The translations under genes were made by a program, and so were the position numbers. 64,000 nucleotides of DNA, taken from the NCBI GenBank assembly GCA_937625935.1, contig OW569345.1:626887-690886 (forward strand), in the 5' to 3' direction. The DNA comes from Tetramitus jugosus. Lineage: Eukaryota > Protista > Heterolobosea. The notes under the pieces were generated by a model, which saw only the letters and a list, made by a program, of their open reading frames with translations, was not told the origin of the DNA and made no database searches. This document shows, piece by piece, positions 9,492 to 20,300 of this stretch. Position 1 is the stretch's first letter, and each line of letters begins with the position of its first letter.

Positions 9492-10223
9492 ATGGGTCAT
9501 TTTCTGTCCAAGCTTTTCGGCAGCGCCGATCACAATGATCATCAAAACAACAATCAACAAACAAAAATTGCAAATCAACATGACCAAGCCATTCTGGACA
9601 TTAAGATTACACGAGACAAAATCACAAAGTATCAAAAACAATTGGAAGTGCTCATGAACAGAGAACTCGAAATTGCCAAATCTCTGTTGGCGGAGAATAA
9701 ACGCGATCGCGCCAAATTGGCTCTACAAAAACGGAAATATCAAGAACAGTTGTATCAAAAAGCAACGGCTCAGCTTTCCAATTTACAACAAATGGTTCAA
9801 CAAATTGAGTTTGCTCAGATTGAATCACAAGTTGTGAATGGTATTCGAATGGGTAAGGATGCTCTCGTTGCCATACAAAAAGAAATTGGTAGCATTGAAC
9901 AAGTGGAGCAACTCATGGATGAGACAAGAGAGGCCATTGAGTATCACAATGAGATTTCTAGGGTGCTGTCAGAGAATTTGACACAAGAGGATCAAGAAGG
10001 TGTGGATGAAGAGTATGCAAAGCTTGTTGATTTGGTTTCTTTGCAACAAGGAACAACTGCAACGGTAACGACAACAACTATAACAACAACAGCAGAGAAA
10101 ACGGGAGAAGCTCTGGATCAAATTGTAGTTCCAGTTCATGTGCCAAAGCCACAGGAACAAGTCGAAGAAGAAGAAGAAGAAGAAGAAGAAGTATCAACAG
10201 ACAGAGTCGCTGTTGCTCTGTAA
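9492..10223 (+). CDS. VPS20: ESCRT-III subunit Vps20/CHMP6 (Snf7 family)
   Basis: Myristoylation-type start MGHFLSKLFG, then DQAILDIKITRDKITKYQKQL, RAKLALQKRKYQEQL and IEFAQIESQVVNG, a MIM2-like IVVPVHVP and an acidic tail. The frame is also open upstream to an ATG at 9108. Confidence 0.88.
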   Translation: MGHFLSKLFGSADHNDHQNNNQQTKIANQHDQAILDIKITRDKITKYQKQLEVLMNRELEIAKSLLAENKRDRAKLALQKRKYQEQLYQKATAQLSNLQQMVQQIEFAQIESQVVNGIRMGKDALVAIQKEIGSIEQVEQLMDETREAIEYHNEISRVLSENLTQEDQEGVDEEYAKLVDLVSLQQGTTATVTTTTITTTAEKTGEALDQIVVPVHVPKPQEQVEEEEEEEEEVSTDRVAVAL

Positions 10224-10531
10224 TCTGTGAACGTTGTGTACATGTATAGATCAAACAGATGATAAATTATTTCTGATATCAGATAACTATTTGCTATCGA
10301 TCAGTCTGACTAAATATCCTTGCTGGGATTTTGTTGTTGACCTTTCAACGGTATTCTGCAGAAAATTCCCGGAGTGCACCCGGGCGTGGACAGGTGAGGT
10401 GACTCGTGGAATCATCGACACACCCCCGCCTGCTCGGAACCACCATTCGCTAAAACATCCTTCACACATAACCAAACAAAAAATTCAGAACTCACAAACA
10501 GTATTAATATTCAATAACAAACAAATTCAAT

Positions 10532-12027
10532 ATGATGACATATTCTAAAACACTGCGTACGGTGCTGCTTGCTCTCGTCGTTGTTCTTGCATTTTTCTTG
10601 CCTCAAATGACCACTGCCGTGGATTATCCAGAGTGTGATGCCAACAAGTTTTCCAATGAAGTGAAACCGAATATCCTGATGGCCTCTACCAATGAACAAT
10701 TCATTGGTTATACCGAAGTGAGAAAATTGGCTGAAGAACTTTTGATTAAACCCATTTTGAATCCTAGTGACTATGTTGGCTTGTTGGGATCCAAGAGAGG
10801 ATTGCTGATTTATGGACCACCAGGAACAGGAAAGGTGAGTAGTCGTATGAATAGTTATATAAGCTATAACAATTGTTGTTATTTGTTGTTTTTTATGAAA
10901 TTCATTAGAAATGTACTGACTGTCTCTCCATGGTGTGGGAATGATGATAAAAGACTTTTATGGTTCAGACAATGGTGTCTCAGTTGAATAACTTGGGCTA
11001 TGAAGTTTGGAAGATTACCTACTCTGATCTTTGGAAGCAAGCTTTTGTTGGAGAGGGTCCTCAAAGATTGAATTGCTTGTTCGACCGTGCAGAGGCACAA
11101 AAGAACGTTGTGCTCTTGTTTGATGAGTCAGAGCTCATCTTCCGCTCCAGAGAAACCAAGACTGATGAATACTCGAGTCAATTGTTGACCATTGCGCTCA
11201 ATCGTCTTCACAAGAATGCCAAATTCAAGGCAATTCTCATCACCAACTTCCCTGGTGATGTCGATTTTGCCATCCGTAGACGATTCGGAAATCAAGTGTG
11301 TATCCGATTGCCCGACCCTGCTGAACTGAAGCAAATGTTCTGCTCCAAGCTTGAGAGTGATAACTGGTTCTTTGATTCCTCATTCGTCTATGATCAATCA
11401 GGTCTCAATAACAGACTCCAACTGTTCTCTGGTGATGACATTCAGAGACTTGCCGAACGTATTGCTTTCACAAAAGCAATGGGTGCCACTCAATCCCCTG
11501 TCAGAACAAAGACTGCACCAATCAATCTCCCAGATATCGAAGCTGCGTTGACACAGGTGAGACCAACTTCTACTGCCACCGAGTTGGTTCAGTATGCTCT
11601 GTACAGTGCCAAGTACTCCAACTTGTGCTTCCAAGAGTATTTGCCAAAGGACAGCAGAAAATTGGCTGAAGCTAAGGCCATTTTCGATGCTCAAGAGAAC
11701 TTGTTAGGCATTTCCTCTGGAGCTTTGAAGCCATCTGATCTCATCGAGCTCAGAAAGACAGTAGACAATGTGTTTGCTGCTCAGAAAGCTGAAGACGCAA
11801 AAGCATTGACCCATGTTACCGATTGCACACGACGCTTCTCAACAGGTGTAAACAAGACTGGAATTGCTATCGGTGTTGGTGTTGGTGTTATAGTGCTGGT
11901 TTTGGTTGCTTTTGTCTTGGGTGGTGCTGGCTTGTTCTTGTTTGTCAAGAAAGCCAAGGTTCCAGTCTCTTTGGCCACAGACGCCAGCTCTAACTATGTT
12001 CAAATGAAGGATATCTCAACACACTAA
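10532..12027 (+). CDS. AAA ATPase (Vps4/spastin/katanin-like) with signal peptide and C-terminal TM helix; one intron 10835-10953
   Basis: Splicing GTGAGT...TACTGAC...AAG restores Walker A GPPGTGK|T. Pore loop AFVGEG, Walker B VLLFDE, sensor-1 ITN, Arg fingers AIRRRF and FSGDDI are present. Hydrophobic N-terminal leader and C-terminal TM. Confidence 0.85.
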
Positions 12028-12195
12028 GTGTTGTGATCCATTCTTCCATTTATGCTTACAATAAAAGGTCATCATAACTATTTTTAGGTACTTTTTCCAT
12101 GTGGTGAAGATCAACAACAAAACAAGCACACAAAAAACAAGAACTTGAGAGTTGATCATCACCACCAAAAAACAACAATAGAGAAATAGAAAATA

Positions 12196-12507
12196 ATGAG
12201 AGTTTTTAAAGTTGATTCCATATATGATGCCGAATTGAAAATATGGAGAGTCGATTCCAGATATGATGCCGATGTTGCCGTATTCATGGTGACTTCTCAA
12301 TGGGACGATGAAGGAGAGTTGTTGTGGTATCACGTGCCAAGCAAATTTGATGAAGCTCTCAAGATTTACTTTGTGGACAGTCCTTATGACGCCGATATCA
12401 AGATTCAGTTCGTGCAATCCAAGTTTGACGTCGAATGGTTGAACGAAGAGAAGAAGAATTTGTTGGTGAACAATTCCAAGTCTGTTGAAGAGCAACTCAA
12501 GGAGTAA
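12196..12507 (+). CDS. DUF6150-like small repeat protein
   Basis: About five repeats of the pattern [KR][VI][FWY]xVDSxYDADxx, ending W.NEEKKNLL. Resembles the bacterial DUF6150 family as recalled. Confidence 0.65.
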   Translation: MRVFKVDSIYDAELKIWRVDSRYDADVAVFMVTSQWDDEGELLWYHVPSKFDEALKIYFVDSPYDADIKIQFVQSKFDVEWLNEEKKNLLVNNSKSVEEQLKE

Positions 12508-12731
12508 AAAACAAAACATACACAATGGTATTAAAAACAAAAACACACTTGTAATATGAGATTGAAATGATTTGTATTGTGGAGCTGTTGCGTTTGTTGT
12601 ATTGAGATCAATGCAATTTTTTTTATTTTATCTATTTTCTGAGTGTCTTGTATGTGTGCAGTTAGTTGTTGCTGTCGAGTGTGGTAAATATATCTGTATC
12701 AGGGACTCCTAAATATGCCTGATGATTTATC

Positions 12732-14978
12732 TTAGGCATCTTTGATGGCACTCTTCAACTCTAACAAAATTTCCTTGAGAGAAATCTTTCCGTCATTGTT
12801 CTTATCCAATCGGGTAATAATCTCTTCAACAACATCGTCAGATGGCTTATCCTTCAACAGTTTCAAAGTTTCTCTCACTTCGTCAACAGAGATGACACCA
12901 TCCTTGTCCTTATCCATCATATTCAAACTGTCACCAATCGCAGAGTCAACATGTTCAATATCTTCCTCCAACTTGCCAATCAATTCTCCAATCTTGCCTT
13001 GAATCTTGTTCAATCTGTTTTGGTAGGCTTGTGGTTTGGTATCAGCGGTTGTCTCACCAATCAATTCAATATGGTCATTGATCAGAGCATCCAATTGTTC
13101 TCTCTCATTTCTGAGTGAGCTCTCGGAAGCAAGTGTAGCCAAGAGTTCGTTCAATGCTTGAATCTTTTGATGCTTCTCAGCTCTCTCGACAACATCTCTC
13201 TCTGATTCGTCTACGGCAGCAGTTGTTGTGGTTGTTGTCGTTGTTGTAGCAGGAGCAACCTTGGAGGCAGCAGCGGCCACTGCAGGAGTAGCAGTTGTTC
13301 CCTTCTCTTTCCTGCTCTCCTCTTCTTCTTGAATCAACTTGTCCTGTCTCTTAACAGACTCCAACTTCTTCTCGTACACATTACCGGTGCTTCCAGGAGC
13401 TGATTGAAGTGCAACCTCTCCTAGCACATCATCAGACAATGATCCCAGAGCCATCTTGATTGCATCAGATGATTTCACATCGACTTCGTTCGTGTATGTG
13501 AATGCACGAGACAAGAGCAACAGGGATGCTGGCACATTCTTGTTCAATGACAAATCAATCCAATCCTTCAACTGTTGTTGCATCTTCTCCTGAGATAGAA
13601 CAACCTTCATGCCTCTGGCTTGACAAGCGTACATGAGTTCCTCGCGAGACAATGACTTGACACCTTCCCAGTAGATGAGTCTATCATCGGCCTTGAGTTG
13701 ACGAATCTTTGTTCTCAGTCTAAATCTGAGATAAAAGTCAGATCCGTAGGGCGATATGCCCACCATTCGACACATGGCCATCAATTGCGCTCTAGACACA
13801 TTGTCCAACGTAATCTCATCAGAAAAAAGTTTGGCAAAACGGATAATGTCTTCGTTGCGCACAGGTTCTCCCTTACGAATCAAATTGACAAACTTTTGAA
13901 GTTCTTCGGCAGTGGCCACCGTTTCTGCTTGATCACTCTTCTTGAGCTCAAACGCCATCAATTCCACAGTGTCTTGCAAGAACTTTCCCAGTTCCAACTT
14001 GGCCTTGAACTCCCTTCTCAACTGCTCCTCCTTCTTGAGCTTGTCTTCGAACTGAGAGGGCAACATGTTGGGGAACAACTTGATAGCAACGGGCAACAAC
14101 AATTCCATGAACGGAACAATCAAAAAGAAGGCAAACGGAACCAATCTAAAAATATCGGACGTGGTTCTCACCAAGTGATTCCTCTCACGTCTTGTCATGG
14201 TGTGACCCTTGAAGATTTTGAGTGTGAGACGACAGGCAGACCGAATATCTGCCATCAACAGCTTAAATCCACTGTAATAGTGCTTCATTTCATGAACCAC
14301 CTTCTTCTTGGCAATGGCGTACCAGTCCTTGACAACCACTGGATTTTTTGCAAAGTCCCATGATCCTCTGGCCAATATCACAGTCATTCTCCATGTCCAA
14401 CCAGGAATCTTTTGCATGAAAGCAATGGTTTTGAGCTTGAGTGCATCGATACGATCTTGAACAGTAGGTGGCTTCAACAGTTGAGCTGCTGTGCTCGATC
14501 TCTTGATCATTTTCTCCAATAGTTCATCTTGATTTTCACCACCAGCACTACCACTACTACTAGGGTTTGACACTGGTGGTGTGCCTGCAGCAGGAGCAGT
14601 AGTTGTAGTAGTAGTGGATGATGATGGTTTAGATGATGATGATGATGATTGCTGTTCAGAGTGAATAATGTTGATATGATACATGTTCATAGCACTGCTC
14701 CAAATGGTGTTTTTTGCTTGGAAACAACTATTGTGTAAATGATATTGTTTGTTGTGATTGTTGTTGTTCATGTGAGTACTCAAGTTTCTTCGATTTACAA
14801 ATGGATTACTGTAATTATTGTTGTTGTTGTTGTTCATGTGATTATTGTGAGTGTTGAATGCAAGGTATGATGATGTGACAGCAGCAGCAGTAGCAGTAGA
14901 AGATGAGGCAGTGAATGATGAACTCGTACGAGCACCACATGTGGATGCTGCACTTCTCAGCAGAGATCTTTGCATCAT
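12732..14978 (-). CDS. LETM1: Mitochondrial LETM1/Mdm38 with C-terminal EF-hands
   Basis: Presequence-like start; HEMKHYYSGFKLL; RRERNHLVRTTSDIFRLVPFAFFLIVPFMELLLPVAIKLFPNMLPSQF; EF-hands DKDKDGVISVDE and DKNNDGKISLKE. Confidence 0.95.
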   Translation of the reverse strand: MMQRSLLRSAASTCGARTSSSFTASSSTATAAAVTSSYLAFNTHNNHMNNNNNNNYSNPFVNRRNLSTHMNNNNHNKQYHLHNSCFQAKNTIWSSAMNMYHINIIHSEQQSSSSSSKPSSSTTTTTTAPAAGTPPVSNPSSSGSAGGENQDELLEKMIKRSSTAAQLLKPPTVQDRIDALKLKTIAFMQKIPGWTWRMTVILARGSWDFAKNPVVVKDWYAIAKKKVVHEMKHYYSGFKLLMADIRSACRLTLKIFKGHTMTRRERNHLVRTTSDIFRLVPFAFFLIVPFMELLLPVAIKLFPNMLPSQFEDKLKKEEQLRREFKAKLELGKFLQDTVELMAFELKKSDQAETVATAEELQKFVNLIRKGEPVRNEDIIRFAKLFSDEITLDNVSRAQLMAMCRMVGISPYGSDFYLRFRLRTKIRQLKADDRLIYWEGVKSLSREELMYACQARGMKVVLSQEKMQQQLKDWIDLSLNKNVPASLLLLSRAFTYTNEVDVKSSDAIKMALGSLSDDVLGEVALQSAPGSTGNVYEKKLESVKRQDKLIQEEEESRKEKGTTATPAVAAAASKVAPATTTTTTTTTAAVDESERDVVERAEKHQKIQALNELLATLASESSLRNEREQLDALINDHIELIGETTADTKPQAYQNRLNKIQGKIGELIGKLEEDIEHVDSAIGDSLNMMDKDKDGVISVDEVRETLKLLKDKPSDDVVEEIITRLDKNNDGKISLKEILLELKSAIKDA

Positions 14979-15484
14979 TTTTTTTTTCTAAGTTGTTTTT
15001 TTTGTGTAAAAAGTGTGAGAATTTGGTCTCTTTTTGTCGTTGTAGAGAAAAGGGTGTTTTGTGTTGGGTGATGGTAGGTGGGTAGGTGGGTGGATGATGA
15101 TGCGTTGTTGTTGTTGTCTGTGTGGTGGGTGGCCAGCAGCGAAAAAAGGGATGTTTTTTGTTTTTTGGGTTTTTTTTTTATTTTTTTTCTGTTATTTGGT
15201 GATCTTTGTGCAATGTTACTCCGACAGCCTAAACTTCATCCACAGTTGTTTCTCTGTGCTGGTGTTGTTTGAAGGGACAATAGGAGATTTGGTATTGTCT
15301 GTGTTCCATGGACATGACTACCAGAGGTGGTTCGCAACTCTGAGTCTTTTACTTTGGCTGGTAGTTATGTGGGCAGATGGGGAGACGGGGGAACTCGGAG
15401 ATTCAACCAAAGGTGAGATCTCAAAACGAGAGGGAAAAACAACGAGATCTAACTACTACCATCGCAACCAAAAAACATTGAATC

Positions 15485-16474
15485 ATGTCTGATCTATCAC
15501 CGTGGGAAGAATTGATATCGATCGTTGCTGCACGATTGTCTGTTTCAACTCTGGAAGGAGTCATTAACACTGTTCTCTTCTGTCCCTTGTCCAGAGCGAG
15601 AGTTATGCTTCAAACGAGGAGAACTCCACCTCATGTCGGAAACTACAAGACAGAGGATCATTTGTCCATTGTTGATCCCTCGGAAGGAGATTTTCAAGTG
15701 TTGGGCGTGTGTGGCCGTACTGTGAGGAATCAAGGGCTCGCTGCCATGTGGAAGGGTTCACTCGCACAGATATTGAAAACCATAAAGTTGAGTATGGTGA
15801 ATTTGGGAGTCATGGAAGTTTTGACTCTGTTGATTGAAAAGCTGTATGATTCACAACTCCGTGAAAAGGGAGGCCTCGATATGAATCCACTGGTGTTCAT
15901 TGCCATGTTGGCTACAGTGTCGAGTGCTGAGGCACTTGCAACAACTCCATTTAGAGCAGTGTTTACTCGATGTGCTGTTGACTCGGGAACCGTTCCAAAG
16001 TACAAAAACTCAATTGACTGTGCGCTGAAAATGGTCAATGAACCAAGAGGATGGAGATCATTCTTCACTGGTGCTTCATGCTCGATATTTGGTTCCATTC
16101 TTCAAAAGAGTCTCTATGTACTCAGCTCGGTGTTGTTGGGCACTGCACTTGGAAAAGTACAGGCATCTCCATCATTCACCCTACAGGTGGTCAACATCTT
16201 CTCCTTGACCGTGCCCCATCTCATCATTTATCCCTTCGATACAGTACAGAGAAGAATGGTTGTGGACGAGGAGGAGAACCCAGACAAAGAACAGCCAGCT
16301 TTCATTGACAAGATGTCCTCAATTGTTCAGACAGAAGGATTCTCCTCTCTCTATCGAGGATACCTGGTGAATCAGGCTGTTGTATTGGGCAAGAATTTCC
16401 TTTCATTGGCGATTCAGGAGTCCATTCTCTTTTACATCACCAAGAGATTGGTGACCGCAGAAGCAAACCTCTAA
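15485..16474 (+). CDS. Mitochondrial carrier (SLC25) family protein, divergent
   Basis: Three carrier repeats: PLSRARVMLQ..QGLAAMWKG, PFRAVFTR..RGWRSFFTG and YPFDTVQRRMV..EGFSSLYRG. Confidence 0.85.
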   Translation: MSDLSPWEELISIVAARLSVSTLEGVINTVLFCPLSRARVMLQTRRTPPHVGNYKTEDHLSIVDPSEGDFQVLGVCGRTVRNQGLAAMWKGSLAQILKTIKLSMVNLGVMEVLTLLIEKLYDSQLREKGGLDMNPLVFIAMLATVSSAEALATTPFRAVFTRCAVDSGTVPKYKNSIDCALKMVNEPRGWRSFFTGASCSIFGSILQKSLYVLSSVLLGTALGKVQASPSFTLQVVNIFSLTVPHLIIYPFDTVQRRMVVDEEENPDKEQPAFIDKMSSIVQTEGFSSLYRGYLVNQAVVLGKNFLSLAIQESILFYITKRLVTAEANL

Positions 16475-16562
16475 ATCCAGTAAATAAATTATCAGACGAC
16501 TCTCATTGTATTATTGAAAGTGCGTGAAAGTCCGGAACTCCCCGTTGGTCAAAAATGACGAG

Positions 16563-17075
16563 ATGAATCCCTGCATCCTGACCAAAGAAGCAAAAACCCA
16601 ACAGAAAGCTATCATGCAAGAAAGAAACCAGAGTAACAATCCAGTCGAAGCAGATCCATGCAAAAACTGTCCAAACAACCAATTGGCAAATGAACAAGCA
16701 AGTGAAGAGAAGAAAAAGGAACGGTCGCTCGTCATTCTGAACCAACAAGAAATGGAAGTCATGTACAACGATACGACAAAGGTGCCAACAAAGTCCAAAG
16801 TCGCCAGAGCTCATCTCATGAGACGAGAGCTCGAAAAAAACAAGGAATATCTGTACTGCACGTGTGGTTACTCTGCTCTGAGCTGTCAACCATTTTGCGA
16901 TGGTACATGCGAGAAGGGAGTGTCTCAGGATGGTCAACAAGTGATTCAAGGCTGGAAACCAATGAAGTTCAAGGTGACAGTCGATCAAAAATTTTGGGCC
17001 ATGTGCGGATGCAAGAGAAACAAGTCTCAAGGACCAACATGTGACGGTTCTCACATTGACATTGAGGATTGGTAG
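16563..17075 (+). CDS. Tandem CDGSH [2Fe-2S] protein (CISD3/MiNT-like)
   Basis: Two CDGSH motifs: YCTCGYSALSCQPFCDGTC and AMCGCKRNKSQGPTCDGSH. First in-frame ATG is at 16563. Confidence 0.85.
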   Translation: MNPCILTKEAKTQQKAIMQERNQSNNPVEADPCKNCPNNQLANEQASEEKKKERSLVILNQQEMEVMYNDTTKVPTKSKVARAHLMRRELEKNKEYLYCTCGYSALSCQPFCDGTCEKGVSQDGQQVIQGWKPMKFKVTVDQKFWAMCGCKRNKSQGPTCDGSHIDIEDW

Positions 17076-17337
17076 TGACTGTCTCTCTTCCATCAACCTT
17101 TTTCATACAGTGAACCTTCAAGTTCGACCAAGTGTAACCTAAAAAAAGAAAAAGCTTTCTTCTGGCTTGTCGAAACAAAGACCTCCATCCTGGAACTTAC
17201 TTTGAAGCACAACAACAACACTGCGTGCACGCACATCCAACATAACATTCTTATCCATAAACACCTGTTTTTTTTTGACAACCAATTTGAACTTGCTTTT
17301 GGAACCCAGCAAACAAAAAGCAAAACAATTTGAAAAT

Positions 17338-20300
17338 ATGCCCATCAAACCCAACTTTAACAACAGCAATCATGAGCACGATGATGATCAAACAGATCAA
17401 TATGTGTTGCTTGTTTATACGACTGCCAAGAAACAACAACAACAAGCTACAATGACAAGCTTACAATCAGATGATAACGATAATGATGATTCTTCATCTG
17501 CTTCAACTGAAGTCATTCAGCGATGGCGTGAATTTTCTCTTCCTATCCAAGCACACAGAGTTGAAGACTGGTGCGGCCTACAAAACTTGAGATACTATCG
17601 AATCACAACATCAAACAATGACAGTAGAGCTTCTAGTGTCATGGCTGCATCTAGAAGTCTCATAAACAACAACAAGAACAACAAGGACAAGAATCAAAAA
17701 GCTCTGACAGTGTATGACGATGTTGAAATTGGCGCCAAAAAATTGCGTCACGGTTGTAGCTACATGGTGTGTGGATTCACCTCGAGTAATAGTGGTGAGG
17801 ATGATGGGAGGCAAAAGTTTCAGTTTTTTCCGTCTACTACGGGTTGGAATGATCCAGATAGTGATACTGATAGTGACCTTTCTATGGAGGATATGGATGG
17901 TTTTAACAGGTGGGCCAGCAGTATGAGCAATAATAACAATTACTTTTTCCAGGGGAGCAGTAGTGGTGGCCATAGCTTCTACAATGACACAATGATGGAC
18001 CATGATGATGATGATCGGGTACCAGGTCTCGAACCCATAGGCACGACTATGATGACTTATGGAAATCAGAGTAGCAGTAGCAGCACTGCTATTTATGAGT
18101 CGGATGATGAGAGTCAAAGGCAACGTGTAGGGCAATTGTTGCCCATGCAGTCACTGGGTGAAGAGAAACATTATAATGCATCGTCGTATTATGACGAAGA
18201 TGATCAACAGTTGACAAGTGATGATCAGTGGAACGCACGATCCTACTATTCCACGTATGAAGAATCACATGACAGTTATTTAGTGTCGGGAGGCACAAGT
18301 ACGACTGGTGGAGGTGACAATGACGAAGAGGATCGCTATTCGACAATTGCATTGCAGTTCGTGATTCTGACCGAGGTCGATTACAATGAAGCAGTTGTGC
18401 TCACTTTTGGACAAACGTTGGAACAAGCGTTGATTAATTACTATGATAGCTTGTTGATTGATTTTGACAGAGAGCATTGTATTGTCGATGATATGGGATC
18501 GTACGATCTTCTAGAACAGAGAGAGCACTGCACTTTGAACTATCAGTTGATATTGGCTGCTTCGGAAGGAAACACGGATCGTATCGAACTGTTGTTAACA
18601 CTGTCGGAGCGAGCCATTAATCCAGCATATCAAACGATGGACGGTATGACAGCAATGATGTTTGCTGCGAAGAAGGGACATAAGTCCATTCTAGAAATGT
18701 TGTTGGCCAATCCTACTGCTAAAACAACCATTGACTTGGCAGAAAAGGAACAGAATTGGACAGCATTACACTTTGCCGCTGGAACAAATCAAGAAGATTG
18801 TTTCCGATTGCTTGTAGAAAATGGTGCCAATGTTTGTGTGTTCGATAAAGATGGTTACAGTGTCTTGCATTTGGCTCTATGCAATAAGGCGACCGACATT
18901 GTAGATACTTGTCTTGAATTAGTGACAAAAGAGGACGATATGCGCAGCCTTAATAGACCGAACAACGAAGGATCTACTCCAGTTGTATTGGCCATTGTTC
19001 ATCATCACTATTCCACAGCAATAAGCATGATTAACAAATTAGAAGATTTAGATTTGAGTATACCTGATACGGATGGATACACACCGCTGATTCACGCTAT
19101 CAAAGAGGAGGAGTTTGAATTGGTAAAGTGCATTCTAAATCATCCATCTGGTTTGGCCACAATTGACTATCGCTCAAGATCTGGTAAAACACCACTCATG
19201 TATGCTGCTTCAATGGATCAACTGGATGTCATGGAAGAATTGTTGAGTCACGGTGCCGATATCGATTTGAGAGACATTGTGCGCGATTACAGCGCTGTTA
19301 TGTTCGCTTTGGATCACAGCAACCTCCAAGCTGCTCGATTACTGATTGCCAATGGTTGTGATGTGCGCTCAAAGTATGACGATATGACAGTTGCAGAGTT
19401 TTGCACAATTAATGGCTATATTGAAGTATTAGAGCAGTTGGTTGAAGCAGGGGTCGATATCAACATAGGTAGTAATGAGGAGAGCGGGGATGAAACTACT
19501 CACGTACAGGATACTCTCTTGTTGGCAATTTCATCCAACGATGTAGATAAGATTCGACAACTTCTTCAATCCTCTCAAGTTGATGCTAACAAGAAGCATG
19601 AGATTACAGGAGAAACTCCTTTGCATCGAGCGGCCGCAAATGGGAACCCTGAAATTATGACTCTCTTATTATCACTCTGTAGTGACATTAACATCCAGGA
19701 TACTTTTGGCCGGACCCCTCTTCACGTTGCGAGATATTGCAAACATTTAGCTGTCGCTGACGAGTTAACTCAAATGGGAGCTGATGAAACGATACGAGAT
19801 TTGTCTGGAGTTTGTCCTTGTGCTATTTTCCCCACGACAGAGTGCATTTTAGTGGACCAGGCGAAGGTGACAAAGATTCAACACATTGGTCCAGCATCAC
19901 CAATCGTACCGCAAGGCCAACTATATCAAGCAAGTTTTAACAACCAGATTGTAGAACTGACAGAGTACACGATCGCAACAAAAGAGGAGGCAATCGATAC
20001 TTGCAGAAGACTAGTGCTCTTGCAGCAGCGTCTTCCAAAGCTTTACAATCATATTCTTCCATCCGCAGAAAAACAACAGAAAGCAGATGCTTCCATATAT
20101 TCCCTATTCCCTCGCATTCATGGATTTTACTTCCATGAGAATACTGTAGGTATTATACAAGATTTGCCAACGATTGAGGCCATACCATTTGATATTCACT
20201 CCACAGAGGGTCGTAGTGTCTCATTAAAGATGGATCTGTCGATACAAGTTTGGAGCAACTTGGCTATCTTGCACAGCATCGGTCTTACTCATGGAAACAT

